Positions 26,428-40,731 are shown, counted from the first letter of the stretch. The stretch: 64,000 nt of DNA from Eledone cirrhosa (GCA_964016885.1 OZ024754.1:8866001-8930000), one strand, 5' to 3'. Notes: generated by a model from the sequence alone, not told the origin. Translations and numbers: made by a program.

Positions 26428-26784
26428 TATAATACAGTTTCATATATGTAAGAGAAAAAAAAAAAAAAGGAACCGAACTATGAGAAATGTGTTTCCACTT
26501 CCCTTTTCAATAGCTCAGGGTTTCCCAATTTTTTTCGAACGCAGAACCCTTTTGGGTTCAGAAACTTTTGGGGGAACCCCAAAGTTTAATGCTGTTATAT
26601 GTCTTAATAGTTTCACAATAGAAACTTGGTAACGAGAAACAGAGAGAGAGGGTATAGCGGGAGAGAGAGAGAAAGGGTCGGGATGCGGGGAGATACAGAT
26701 ACACATATATATAGTTACACAACAGATATACACACATACATATATTTAATTTAGTTGTCAATGTATCTGAAAGAAATGGTAATA

Positions 26785-26959
26785 CAGTGAAATTCCGTTA
26801 TAACGAAATGCACGGGGTATAAACAAAAATTCGTTGTAATGAAAAATTCTTTATAACAAGATCGACCTAACACATCGATCATGTGGCCGAGGATTGAACA
26901 AAATTTCGTTATACTGAAAAATTCGTAATAATGGTATTCGTTACAACGGAATTTTACTG
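26785..26959. mobile_element. Pogo/Tigger-type MITE, same family, opposite orientation
   Basis: TIRs CAGTGAAATTCCGTTATAACGAA / TTCGTTACAACGGAATTTTACTG, TA flanks. Confidence 0.82.
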
Positions 26960-26990
26960 TATATATATATATATATATATTTAATAATTG

Positions 26991-27060
26991 TTTTGTCTGA
27001 CAAACGAACTAGATGTTTCTGCAAGAATCATCTAGTTTCTCGAAACCTTCGGTAATGAAA
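26991..27060 (+). ncRNA. Hammerhead motif with G8A core lesion
   Basis: TTTTGT-CTGACAA-..AACTAGATG(...)CATCTAGTT..-GAAA-CC(ttc)GG-TA-ATGAAA. Confidence 0.6.
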
Positions 27061-27156
27061 TAATTATATTATGTTGTTTATTATGAAATTAAATAGCTCT
27101 GTACAATATATAGAGCACTCTTCTTTCCTTTACCTTTTTTTCTATGGAAATACTTA

Positions 27157-27212
<56 letters not shown>

Positions 27213-28417
27213 TAGTATTGGTGGTCTGAAATAGCGATGTATAGCATGTATAGTATATTTGGCAATATACCGTATGTTAAAAAAAAAACATTTAGAAGAC
27301 CATTCGCTATTAGTTTTAAAGTAGTGGCTATGTCACTTACTTATTTTCGGCGAAATCAAAGGGAGAGTGATTGACAGTCTGTTTCTCGCTGGTTGGCGTT
27401 TATCAAACCACACACTTCTCTTGCCTCTGTCGAAAATAATTGAGATTGGATTCTTATAGAATTCCAGTAATAGTCAGGAGCTGATTATACAGAGCGATTG
27501 CCGGTCCAGCAAAAATTAGGTATTAGTATCGGTGCTCTGAAATAGCGATGTATACATGAATGTATGTATAGAATATTTGGCAATATACCGTATGTTTAAC
27601 AAAACAATATATAGTAACATATGCTGTAGTGAAGTGAATATCTTCTGCGGGTTTGACGCAAGTAAACTTCAGAAACACAGAAAAATACGGAGTTTCCAAT
27701 AAACATATTACGGTAGCATATTATTTTGCCTTTCATTCTTACGTGGTCGATAAAATAAAGTACCAGTAATGTACTGGGTAATTGCTGGACTTGTACCAAA
27801 AGTAGAAACAATTATTACTTCAGAAAGGGCGGTGGATTGACAGTATCGGTAGAGGGTCGGACGCCATGCTTTGACGCATAGAGTTATGGCCTTTGCCATT
27901 CTGAGTTCAAATCCCGCTGAGGTTAACTTTGCCTTTCCTCCTTACGGGAGTAGATAAAATAAAGTACCAGTAATACACTTGGTAATTGCTGGCCTTGTGC
28001 CAAAAGTAGAAACAATTATTACTTCAGAAAGCTTTCCAGCAGACATGTCGCCTCACGTGCTCGTTGTTTGTTTTCATAGTTTATAGTTTTAGATAGATAT
28101 TTTAACAACATATATTATAGCAGACGATAGTACAAGCTTCTCTCGAAATAATGACGTAGGGAAATCATTAGTTCGTTGCTAATAGCAACAAATGGAACTT
28201 GTATACTGTTACAGGCGTATGAGTGAGTGAGTTTGAATATATATATATATATATTCAAACTCACTCACTCATATATATGTATATTATATGTGTGTGAGTT
28301 AGGGTGTATAAGTTTGTAATCATATTTATATACATTTAATGAATTTTACATTTAGTCTTGCTGTGAAAATAGATCCGTGTCTAAAAACATATCCCTCTCT
28401 CTGTCTCACTGTATATA

Positions 28418-28458
<41 letters not shown>

Positions 28459-28538
28459 TATACATATACATAGATAAACTTTAGAAAATACTAAATATTT
28501 TCGACAGTTTCAGTGGGTTGCAGAAACGAGAGAAATAC

Positions 28539-28583
28539 ACAATCTTGATAAGGGGAAATAACTCCGAAACAATTGTAGATTGT
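28539..28583 (+). ncRNA. Minimal type-I hammerhead, U3-A8 core variant
   Basis: ACAATC-TTGATAA-GGGG(aaataa)CTCC-GAAA-CAATTG-TA-GATTGT; 6-bp stem I, palindromic ACAATTGT stem III. Confidence 0.78.
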
Positions 28584-28660
28584 TTCTCTCTCTGCCACCG
28601 CTGGAACAAAAGGAAGACATTAGTAGTCTGGAAAACGCATGTGTTATGAGGCAAATGAAT

Positions 28661-28730
<70 letters not shown>

Positions 28731-28735
<5 letters not shown>

Positions 28736-28981
28736 AGTGTAAGTTTCTACACAAAACGAAGGTTATAGAGAAAATTGAGGTTGGTAATGGCACATGGAAT
28801 ATATAAGAGACAGAATACTTTTTGTGAAAAAACATATAATTGTATAAGGTAAGGAAAGAATAATGGGTATAAAAAAATTTTTATACCCTTTATTCTTTCC
28901 TTACCTTATAAAATTATATGTTGTTTCACAAAAAAGTATTCTGTCTCTTATATATTCCATGTGCCATTACCAACCTCAATT

Positions 28982-28985
<4 letters not shown>
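28731..28985. mobile_element. Fold-back element in (TA)n, arms about 105 bp
   Basis: About 28769-28874 is inverted at about 28878-28985; TA tracts on both sides. Confidence 0.85.
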
Positions 28986-29026
<41 letters not shown>

Positions 29027-29064
29027 TGATAAACGAAAGATATACACGTTATATCATCTCTATC

Positions 29065-29140
29065 TATTTCATTATATATATTTCGAAGATGCAAAGTTTT
29101 ATGTATAACAAAGCAAAACATGTTCTCCTCAGACAAAATA
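29065..29140 (-). ncRNA. Minimal type-I hammerhead ribozyme motif
   Basis: Reverse complement reads TATTTTGT-CTGAGGA-GAACATG(...)CATCTTC-GAAA-TATATA-TA-ATGAAATA. Confidence 0.68.
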
Positions 29141-29712
29141 TATAGAAAATGTATAATTCTTTCCTGATATATATATATATACATATATATATATCCCCCC
29201 CCCCCACACACACACACACACTCTCAAGCGTGAACCTAATACCTAACATCTTTCGTAACTGTACTCCTTGTTGTTGTTATTATTTACTTTTCCTGTATAT
29301 ATAGCTTTGTCTTTATTATATAAAAACACATACTACGACAGCTGCAGCTTGGTAAGGCCCGTCTTCACCATTAGGTGGGTATTGCGGTCCGGTTGCAAAT
29401 GTGCACATTGTATAATGATGTTGATTTCTAATTAATGCAGAAGGTCACCAATTTTGAGAATGAGCAAGGATGATAAATCAACCCCAGTAGTTGACTGGTA
29501 CTTTATTTCATCGGCCCCAGAAAGATGGAAGGAAGGAATAGTTAATCGTGACAGAATTCGAACTGGGAATATAAAGAATGCTAATACATATATATAATAT
29601 GTAATAGGGAGCTATTCTTTCGAACAAGGATTGCTTAAATAACTTTGTTTCTCTGTCTATCCATCCATCAATCTATCTGTCTACATCTATTTGTCGTTCT
29701 GTCTGCCTCTCC

Positions 29713-29820
29713 AGAGAGAGGGGGGAGAAAGAGAGAGGGGGGGAGAAAGAGAGAGAGGAGAGAAAGAGAGAAAGAGAAGGAGAGAGAGAAAGAGAGAAAG
29801 AGAAGGAGAGAAAGAGAGAA

Positions 29821-29869
<49 letters not shown>

Positions 29870-29979
29870 AAGGGAGAGCGCGATATATTTATGAAGAGAA
29901 TTAGACATGCAGATATTCAAATTAACATATAGATTGTCTGAGTGATTAATAATGGAATATGATGATATTGTAACAGTGT

Positions 29980-30014
<35 letters not shown>

Positions 30015-30408
30015 AAAGACAGAAAGAGGGGGGGGCAAATATAGAAAGAGAAGGAGAGAGAGACAGACACAGAGAGAGAACAAAGACAGAAAGAGAGAGA
30101 CAGAGAGAGAGCAAAGACAGAAAAGACAGAGAGACACAGAAGGACAGAGAGAGAGAGAGAGAGCAAAGGCAGAAAGACAGGGAGAGAGAGCGAGAGAGCA
30201 AAGGCAGAAAGACAGAGAGAGAGAGCGAGAGAGGGGGCAACGACAGAGAGAGAGAGCGAGAGGGGGCAAATACAGAGAGAGAGAGAGCGAGAGGGGGGCA
30301 AAGACAGAGAGAGAGAGCGGTAGGGGGGGGCAAAGACACAGAGAGAGCGATAGGGGGGGGGGCAAAGACAGAGAGAGAGCAAGAGAGGGGGGGGCAACGA
30401 CAGAGAGT
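29713..30408. repeat. Purine-rich (GA)n compound repeat
   Basis: Direct inspection. Confidence 0.9.
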
Positions 30409-33272
30409 CTAAACACATGAATATCTAATGCAAATGAAGTCAATGACATCTGGGACAACACTTGTTGCGTCATCTCCAGTTCCAACTTTATTGCTGTTTT
30501 CCTCCAAGTCAAGAAGAGGGCGCCACGTTCAAGGTAAAATGGCTGATGTAGCGGATTTTACTGGCTGTTCTCCACGACAATGCTTTCGCCATCTTGTTCA
30601 CTGAGAAAAACCCCTCCAGCCAAAATTGTTCACTCTTCCTACTCCCCTCTCATTTCTGTCCTTTCTTTTTTCTATATTTCTATATATTTCTCTCTCTCTC
30701 TGTAATACATATATACAATCGGCTAAAGAATTGACATGCAACACACACAGACAAACATCCTAAAAACAGTTGCTGGAATTCTCATTAGTATTCGAGAAGG
30801 AAATGATAAACGAGGCATAAATGCCTCATCACTTTTCTTGTTCTTTAATGTATGGGAAATATATGATGATGTTGGATGTGTCAACCAATGAAAATGTAGA
30901 TAAAGCAGGGACATCACCCGCCATCTTATAAAAGAAATAGAACGAAGCAAAAACAACAAAGATGGTATAACATAACACAACAACACACAGCGATACAAAA
31001 GCTGCCACCATACAATATGGCTACAAGATTCGTTGAATAATATTCTAAATCTACGAAGAAAAAATAATTGAAATATTTAAAAAAAATTGTCTTTGAACTC
31101 TCAGTGGAGTTACAGTCATTTTTCTATTTACTGGAATAATTTAATATTGTCATGTTTTAGCAAGTGGATATAATCTATTTAACTAACATATATATTTGAT
31201 ATGTTCGCCAACTGGTGACCTTTATGACGAGTTTCTCATTCCATGTGTGTGTGCTTCGTTTGCTTTCTTTTGTTTCCCTTCTCCCTCTCACATAGATGCA
31301 TATCTACATACACACACATAAACATACCTACCGACCATCCTCATATATATATATATATATATATATAGTTATGTAATAAACAACATAAGGCAATTATTCC
31401 ATTTACCAGTGGTTTCTTAAAAGCAAAAAATGTTGCTTTCAATCATTAGAATGAAAAAATCCTGGTCTATTTATTGAGTGGTGTGGTGTGGTGTGGTGTA
31501 GTGTGTGTGTGTGTATTATGAGACAATAGAAGACCGGACTCAAAATATTCATTCACTCGACATTATGCAAATCATCCATCGTAATTGTGGTATCTCGTGG
31601 TTGGTGCAGTAATAGAGTTAAATATTTATTTAAAAGACAACAGAAGGCCGGTCTAAAATTGCAATATCACAATACTTATTTCTACCAATAAACCGTCACA
31701 AAACCTCATGTCTGTTACTCTTTAAATATGGGTTCGCCTATCCAGTTTAGAATAAACGCAACCTATCTCTGTCTGTTGTAACAGACAACTAAAAGAGTTG
31801 ACACCAGGAAAGGAATATGGAGGTAAAACATTGCCTCAACCGGAACTCGTGATACGTATGAAACTTGACATGGGGTTCGCAAGACAAACCCTGGTTTTAA
31901 CAGAGAAAAGGCCATAAAACATTTGTTGTTATTGATATAATATATATCACATTGCGTAATCGATACGGAACACAAAACATTCCAATACAAAGTTTCATTA
32001 ATCACCTTGACCACAGTGATAATCAAGGTAATCTTCATTAATCAGATTATAACTCATCTGTTTCAGATTACAGGGTAGTAAAAATTATGTACCTAAATCC
32101 GGTTATATGTCAGTAATCCTGTTATGTCTACAGCAATCAACATTTCAGCAAGGTCAAAGATGAAGTCACTGAATTCAATCGAAATTCTCACGTGAAGGTT
32201 ATTTATATTCTGAAATTATTTAAACTGAAGCAGTGGAAGTAGGAAACAACGAGAAAGTCCACCCTAGCTCTTTATTTGATAGTTTTTTTCTTCTTGGATT
32301 CACAGAATCGGTAGAGCGTCAGACACCATGCTTCGCGGCAGAGTTACAGCCCTTTACGTTCTGAGTTCAAATCCCGTCGAGGTTAGTTTTTGCCTTCAGT
32401 ATCAGTAGAGGGTCTGACGCCATGCTTTGCAGCAAAGAGTTACGGCCCTTTATGGTCTGAGTTCAAATCCCGCCGAGGTTAACTTTGCCTTTCAGCCTTA
32501 CGGGGTCGATAAAATTATGTACCAGTAAAACACTGGGATAATTGCTGGCCTTGTGCCAAAAGTAGAAACAATTATTACGGGGTCGATAAAATAAAGCACC
32601 AGTAATGCACTCGGATCGATTTAAACGACTTTCCCCTCTTCCCAAATTGCCGGTCTTTTGCCTATAGTAGAAATCATTAGGGTCGGCCACCATGCTTTGG
32701 CGCATAGAGTTACGGCCCTTGCCATTCTGAGTTCAAATCCCGCCGAGGTTAACTTTGCCTTTCATCCTTACGGGGTCGATAAAATAAAGTACCAGTAATA
32801 CACTGGATAATTGCTGGCCTTGTGTCAAAAGTAGAAACAATTATTAAAAATATCGTGAATGTTGAAGACTCTTATATAAAAGTATGTATGTACACCGATG
32901 TTTTGGAGGTATCATAGCATCAAATTCTCTGGAGGTTGAGAAAAATCAAGTAAAGAATGATAACGGTAGAAGTTAGAGTTTCTTCTCTTGCATTAGGGGA
33001 TACGGTTTCATACGATATTTATTATTACTTTCCCAGCGTTTTTTAAATAAAAATGATATTTTTGACCACGTATTTTCAGAAGTGCAGTATTTAAAACCAT
33101 ATATATACCCAAAGATAAGCTTACATCGAGGATTACTCAATAGGAAAAAAACAGAAAAAGATTCGATCGCCAGATCGAACGAAAGAACATTTTAAATGGG
33201 TTGTTCTTTAGACGAAATAGATTTAAAAAAATAAAAAAAATTGAGAATGAGAAAACGCGAAAGAAAAGGAGA

Positions 33273-33330
<58 letters not shown>

Positions 33331-33957
33331 CTAGAAAGTTATCTGTAAGAAGGAGAAGGAACAGCAGCAGGAAAGTTTAGTTTGTTGCATAATTTGTTCA
33401 TTGGAAGACATCCAAAATATAGGAGTATTTTTGGAAATAATTTGGTAAATGATGGAAAAGAGTTCGGTTTTTAATCGATCTTGTTTCAACATAATCTCCA
33501 TTATATATTATTTTGTTTCGTGTAATTTTAGTTATAATAATCATCGAACTGAGACAAACTGATTTGGGGTCCTGGCTCTTGGCGTGGTTTATGTTATAAC
33601 CGTTTCAAGCATTGATTACATTCTGAACAATTCTGTCACGGCGTAAATACACACACAATTAGGTATCTTGGAATTGAAGCTATTTTTAAGGCCTTACTCA
33701 GTCGTAACTAATGTTTGTTTTACGCCGCGAAAGTTCATCTCAAAGTTTGTGGAATATGTGGTGACTACTAACCAAAGAATCGAACATACAACCTTACGAT
33801 CGTGAACCCAGTACCTTAACCATTAAGTCATGCTCCTTCATTCAAGAACGTTGAAGGATTCGAAAAGGGATAAGTTTTAATCGACAAAGATGGGTTATGA
33901 CTCAAGACAGAAACAAAAGTAAGTAACAGCCAGGAATCTAAACTATAACAAAGTAAG

Positions 33958-34416
33958 AAGCGCGGGACTGCGTACGGTTTATAATTTTTTATCCCATTAG
34001 TAAAATAAGTTGGATTACTTTGAATAAATAATTAATGAATATTACATAATTTATCTACTAAATTTCGTGGCTGTTCATTAAATATATTTTATTATTTATT
34101 TAAAGATTCACTTCTTTAAAATGTTCAAATGTCAACACTTCCGGTGGCGATCGCTTAAATAAACATTAATTCCCTGTCACTAATTTTCTCTTAATGCAGT
34201 TTATATATAATATCGTCTTTTTTTAATGTATCATGGATTACGTTATTGATTACATAAGACAGTGTAACAAGACTCTCTTCAATTTTTGTGTATATTGTCA
34301 ATTACGATTTTATTTGACGTATCTTATCTACATGTACATATACCTGCGAATAATATCAATATACACACTACACATGCTAGCAGAAAACCACCCTAAGGGT
34401 GGTTTTTCTGCTAGTA
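33958..34416. mobile_element. Unclassified dispersed repeat ending in hairpin plus CTAGT (homologue 56826-57342)
   Basis: About 450 bp of alignable sequence; terminal GAAAACCACC..GTGGTTTT..CTAGT in both copies. Confidence 0.65.
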
Positions 34417-34589
34417 AAATTAATAAGAGCCGACAGAAATATTTATGAACATGTTGGCTCTTTTACCAGCCATTATGTCTCTGGTATAATGAAAATAAGG
34501 CTTGAGTGACTTAGAGAGAGCCAATGATATCCAGACTTGGCCATTTCCCCATATGGATTTCTGTGCTATTTTATGAAACAACTTGAAAG

Positions 34590-34890
34590 CATCGGTGGTA
34601 AGGGTGTTGGGTTTACGATGATAATGCCATGGGTTCGATTCCTGGGCTGGAATCATTTCATTTTACGTTGCTCCAGTATACTCAGCTGAAAATGAGTACC
34701 AGCAATCATAATGTCGTCGGTTAGATTTCTGGGCTGAAAATGAGTACCAGCAATAGCTGGGGGTTTAACCTTGCGATGGACTGGCATCCAGTCCAAGAGG
34801 GCGGGGTATTGTACTCTCAGTCGCTTCACGCTATGAAACCGGAATAAGCATCGTCCTTACGGGCCTTCTGGCTTAAGACAGACTTAGACT
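34590..34890 (+). mobile_element. tRNA-derived CORE-type SINE
   Basis: B box GGTTCGATTCC, AATGAGTACC motif, TGCGATGGACTGGCATCC body. Confidence 0.6.
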
Positions 34891-35472
34891 TGAAAGCATC
34901 GATATCCGGAAAAGTTAACAGGTTTACCTTAATTATCTATTAAGAATACAGAGCTAGATTGTTCATAGGTCTATGACCAGCCTGAGGAAGAAACAGGTAA
35001 ACTGGTGCCTAATGAAGAAAGGTGAGTTACAGGTAGAACTGAAGACAGAGTTAATATCTACCTCATCACAAGCCAAGCAAATTATTCATCCCTTAAATAC
35101 ATATGTGCGTGTGTGTATGTGTGTGTGTTCGAAGGGCCAGCCTGGTCCCGTCCGGTGTCACACAATCTCCCAGAGAACTACGTTATGGGTACACGTGTCT
35201 GTGGAATGCTCAGCCACTTGTACGTTAATTTCACGAGCAGGCTGTTCCGTTGATCCTATTAAGTGGAACACTCGTCGTCGTAACCGACGGAGTGCCAACA
35301 TATAACATGTATGTATGTATGCATGTATGTGTGGATGTAAGTGTGTGCGTGTGTACGTACATACGTACGTACGTACGTGCGTACGTGCGTACGTGCGTAT
35401 GTATGTATGTATGTATGTATGTATGTATGTATGTATGTATGTATGTATGTATGTATGTATGTATGTATGTAT

Positions 35473-36010
35473 GGTCGGGTCACTCTTGAGTGTTACTGGT
35501 AACATGTAACCCAGTACAATCTGTCGCGTGGTCGGGTCGTCAGCGACTAAAGCGGCAACCCCCACCAAGTTTACTTGGTGAGGAGGGTGATTTTGGACAC
35601 CCTGCAGGACAAAAAACAAAACCTGATAAAGGGCGGAAGAACTCATAAGAGTCAACGGCCATCCAAAAGTGTGTAAATATTTATATACACATGTACCGCG
35701 CGGTAAAACCACTGGGAGTGAAGGACCCCCTAGCCTTTGTCAGGGCATTCTTCTAGGAGAAGGCAACTCAGGAAACTGGGATAACTCCGATATAAAACCT
35801 GCGGCTCAGTAGTTACCGATGATATTGATCTTTTCTTCTTTTCGGGTTATAGCTACTGTCGTTCAGAGAGTGGGATTGGCTCAGTGCACAGTCTTTCCTC
35901 ACTTTAAAACATATCTTCACGCACAGGCATTGCACGATAGAATTAATTAATAATTATTAATAATGGTATATCATGCAATGGCCATACTCGATAACGAGGG
36001 GGCAGCCATC
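35473..36010 (+). mobile_element. Apparently full-length family E2 non-autonomous RTE derivative
   Basis: 5' end homologous to the family E 5' end; flanked by (ATGT)n. Confidence 0.78.
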
Positions 36011-36879
36011 ATGTATGTGTGTATATATGTATATGTGCATGTATGTGTGTATGTATGTGTGAGTGTATGTATATGTATGCGTGTGTATGTATGTATGTAT
36101 GTAAGTGTCTATTATGTACGTGTGTATGTATGTATGTATGTATGTATGTATGTGTGTATGAGTGTATGAAGGAAAACTCTGATATAACACCTGCAACCCT
36201 GATGGTATCCAATGATGTTGACTTGTTCTTCTTTTTGGTAAATATCATCTTGGTTAAGAGAGTGGGACTGGCTTTGTGCACTGCCTTTGCTCACTATAAA
36301 AGCTTCACGGCACAGGCATTGCTTTATATCTGGAGATCTCTCTGCACTTGTCACATGGTACCATGGGCCCAGCACTGTGTCAATAATTGTCACAAGTGTA
36401 GTGTTTGTACCAGAGTTTTCAAGTCGCTGGCTGGACTAAAAAGTCACACTCGTTCAGCGCATCGGTAAGGGTTCTCCTACATGGATAGAAAGTAGTGGCC
36501 GTACTCGAAAACGAGTTGGCAGCCACCATGAGTGTATGCATGTATGTATGAGTGTATGCATGTATGTATGAGTGTATGAATGTATGTATGAATGTATGTA
36601 TGAGTGTATGCATGTATGTATGAGTGTATGAGTTTAAAGAGAAACGGAGAGTGACTAGGTGAGAGAAGAAAGAAGTGTCTTCAAATGTGTTTGTTCAATA
36701 ACAGAAGAAAGATAGATGAGAGTACCATAAACAGACATCAGTGCCAAATTATATCTCGTATATTTGGTAATGCGACGCTGCTATCTGGAATGACTTGCTA
36801 CTGCATTAACACATCAGTTTCAAAAATGTTCTCTCCTCTAAATCTCTATATATCTCTCTAGCTACCTACATACATAGCT

Positions 36880-37388
36880 AGGAGAGGCGGTGTTTCTGTG
36901 CGTAATAGCCATGGCAAAAGAGGTTGTATGGTGGACGCGTCTGAAAGGACTGAGGTCAGACACCTTTCTCTCTGGCCAACAACTGGTCCGTTTCTTCCGA
37001 TATCATTTCGGAAGAAGGATCAGGATGGAGAGAGAGGTGCTCCACCCCAGCCGTTTTTATGAAAGGTGGGTGAAAGTGGCGAGAATGGCCCGTGTGAATG
37101 GGCCTTCACTCTACATCAGACTATAGGTGAGGAAGAGGAAAGATCAAGGGAGCACCCCCTCTCTGTGCTCCTGAGGAGAAGGGTTGCACACTTTTTTTCG
37201 GGGGTGTGTGCGACCCCCCAAGGCGCCTCCTCCCTATGGAGGATTTTGTTATAAAATTTATTTTGTTATATTGTATTTTATTTTTATATTTTGTTATTGC
37301 CTCCTCCTTATTGAGAACGCCTTGCTATGTAAACTCCCCCCATTGTACTTGTCCCACTTTTGATGCCCTGGTGGCAAATAAAAGAAAC
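36880..37388 (+). mobile_element. L1/Tx1-clade LINE 3' fragment
   Basis: AKEVVWWTR...FYERW resembles the Tx1 ORF2 C-terminal AK..IW..R..F..W pattern; ends AATAAAAGAAA. Confidence 0.65.
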
Positions 37389-37841
37389 ATACCTATCTAC
37401 CTAACTAAATACCCACCTATCTACATACATACCTATTTCTCTACCTACCAACCTACCTACCTAAATACCTATTTACCTACCTGTCTACCTACCCACTCAC
37501 CTACCTATATGTCTACCTACCCACCCACCCACCTACCTACCTACCTGCCTATCTGTCTACCCACCCACCCACCTACCTGTCTACCTACCCACCCACCCAC
37601 CCACCCACCCACCTACCTGTCTACCTACCTACCTACCTACCTACCTACCTACCTACCCACCCACCTACCTACCTACCCACCTACCTACCTACCTACCTAC
37701 CCACCCACCCACCCACCTACCCACCCACCTATCTAGTCTTAGTTTTGAAACTGTGGCGGTAGTCTCAACTGATTGAAATGTTTTCCCCACTGCCCATATT
37801 CCCACTGCGAAACCTTTGATACGCACATGCATCATGTAGTC

Positions 37842-38351
37842 CAGGGGTATACAACATATTCCATTGGCGGGCCACTTTTGAACATTCGAACAACTATTAT
37901 GGCCATTAAGCGGTGGAGGATTGGCAGTATCGGTAGAGAGTCGGACGCCATGCTTTCCAGCATAGTTACGTCTCTTTACGGTCTGAGTTCAAATCCCGTC
38001 GAGGTTAACTTTGCCTTTCATCCTTACGGGATCGATAAAATAAAGTACCAGTAATGTACTGGGTAATTGCTGGCCTTGTGCCAAAAGTAGAAACAATTAA
38101 TATTTATTAAGCACTATTCCAAAGATTCACCACAACTTCTTTCCATGACATAGAACTGGGAAGTTATAACACACATAACCCTATCAGTGAAGCCCTTTAG
38201 TATAGGTCAACTAACAGAAAATTGTATTACGGTTACGAAAAAAATTCTAAATAAGCCTATAAGGTAAAAGTTAAAAACGGCCATCGTGGGCCATTCTGAC
38301 TGGTCTGGCGGGCCGGATTGTGGCCCACGGGCCACCTGTTGCACGCCACTG
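37842..38351. mobile_element. hAT-type MITE interrupted by a SINE
   Basis: Ends CAGGGGTATACAAC / GTTGCACGCCACTG; GGGCC-rich subtermini. Confidence 0.55.
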
Positions 38352-40186
38352 ATGTAGAACGTTCCCATAAGACATTTTAGCTTGAACCCTTTGTTCATAT
38401 GAACTCACATATACTATATGACAGATAAAGGGCGGTTGGTTGGCAGTATCGGTAGAACTTTGTGGTATATAAAATTGGTCCTTTACGTTGCTACAGTTGT
38501 TTGAACAGCCCTCCTCATGAAATTAATGTAGAACTGTCTGATCATTCCACTGACACGAGTACTTTTAATGAACCCAGGAAGATTTTGTGTGGCAAACCCG
38601 ATCCTTTTAATTACAGGTACAACTCCTTTTTGCTCAAAGACACAACATGTTACAGGGCATCGAACTCATGATTTTACGATCATAAGTAAAACACGCTAAG
38701 CACCAAGCCACAATTCTTCACACTCAATTTCCATCAAAGGAAATATGGAAACATAAAAACCTAAGCTGATATAGAACGAATAAAATATAAAGAAAATAAA
38801 AATAAAAAGGAAAAGGAAAATAAAAACACAAAAATGATGGCAAAATAAGGAAATATTTCTGGAGGGAACTGGAGAAAACTTTACATAAAAGATAAAAATG
38901 ATATTGGAGAATTGCAAACGATAAGTAAATGAAGGCTGTCGGATATGATTTTTCAGCACGCTATAGAGATAATCTGTTTGCTTCGATGGAGATTTACTGA
39001 ATCGAATTTATTTTAATCATATTTGTATTATTCACATTCACGATATGTATATTTACACTTCATTGCTACAATTGTTACATTAAATGTAATAGTTTAGAAT
39101 TTAGGCACAAGACCAACAATTTTAGGGAAAGAGAAAGTTGATTAAATCGACCACAGTGGATTACAGTAGGTAAAGGTGGCTTGCAAAGCCTTTTTCCTCC
39201 GATTTGATGAAGATATCATCATGGATTCAGAGGGAGCGAAGGGCGGCGAATCCCGCCCAGGTGACATTGGTCATGTATGTATGTATGTATGTATGTATGT
39301 ATGTATGTATGTATGTATGTATGTATGAATTTTTTTTTTTTTTTTTTTTTTTGCGCGGGGACATAGAAATAATCGGGCTGGATGCCCGATCGCGCAGTTA
39401 AACCACTGGGAGTGAAGAACCCCTAGCCCTTGTCAGGGCATTCTTCTAGGAGAAGGCATCTCAGGAAACTGGGTTAACTCCGATATAAAACCTGCGGCTC
39501 AGTAGTTACCGATGATGTTGATCTTTTCTTCTTTTCGGGTTATAGCTACTGTCGCTCAGAGAGTGGGATTGGCTCAGTGCACAGTCTTTCCTCACTTTAA
39601 AAATATTCGTCACGCACAGGCATTGCACGAGTGCATATGGCCATAGTCGATAACGAGGGGGCAGCCATCATGTATGTATGTATGTATGTATGTATGTATC
39701 TGTGTGTGTATGTGTATGTGTGCGTGTGCGCGTATATATATTATATGCAGGTAAACGACCAATTAGAGTATTGTAACTGGTAGATCTCGAAGTATTCTGA
39801 GATATATATACACACAGAGGATGTCCCCCAAAATGTAAACACACTTCAACAGCAGTCTAATAAATATTACCTGTAGAGGTAATCAAAGTGTGTATACATT
39901 TTTGGGACACCAAAATATATATATATTAACAAAGCTCTTCTACATTAGCTCGGATGTAGCTACAATTCTGAATTGATGGAATCAATTATTCTAGTGGAGA
40001 CTTTCAGTATCTTTTATTTCAAACAGTTTGTCCCAAAATATAGAGACTTCATGTCATTATATTTCAAATCCCGCCGAGGTTGACTTTGCCTTTCATCCTT
40101 ACGAGGTCGATAAAATAAAGTACCAGTAATGCACTGGGTAATTGCTGGCCGTGTGCCTAAAGTAGAAACAATTATATTTACATTAG

Positions 40187-40372
40187 CAGTGCCGGATTTA
40201 GGACAAATGAGACCCTGTGCTACTTAAGTTATGAAGACCCTGAAGGAGGTAAAAAATGTTTTTTTAAATGACAGGAAGATGGACACCCCCCCCCCACACA
40301 CACACACACACACACTGGCCAACGGGGCCCTGTGCTTAAGCACACGTAAACACTATGGTAAACCCAGCACTG
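40187..40372. mobile_element. hAT-type MITE with 8-bp TSD
   Basis: TIRs CAGTGCCGGATTTA / TAAACCCAGCACTG; TACATTAG at 40179-40186 and 40373-40380. Confidence 0.88.
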
Positions 40373-40731
40373 TACATTAGGTATTAATAAAGCCGGACAA
40401 GGTCGACTACGGCTGCTAGTTTGATATGCTTAATCAATTGCTTTCTAAAAGATTAGATGAAATCCTTTTGACAGGCTAACAATACGATCCAAACTCTGAC
40501 AGACATTTTAATGCAGATGAATCAAATATTCGATCGATACAAACAATTGAATAATAAATATGATACTGAGATCTATTGGGCTGAAAACAATGATATAAAG
40601 GTGTCTGGCTTAATGGCTTCAGTGTTCCGCTCACGATCGTAAGGTCTTGGTTTCGATTCACAATCACGTTTTGTGTCCATGTTTCTCCATTCCGATTCTC
40701 GACCACATATATATGTGTGTATGTATATAAA

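Noticed and set aside
30700-31020. Hydrophobic minus-strand segment vaguely like GPCR TM5-7
   Set aside because: Multiple stops and no diagnostic motif; cannot be supported without a search
40485-40530. Pogo/Tigger transposase remnant FNADES
   Set aside because: Too short to support a call
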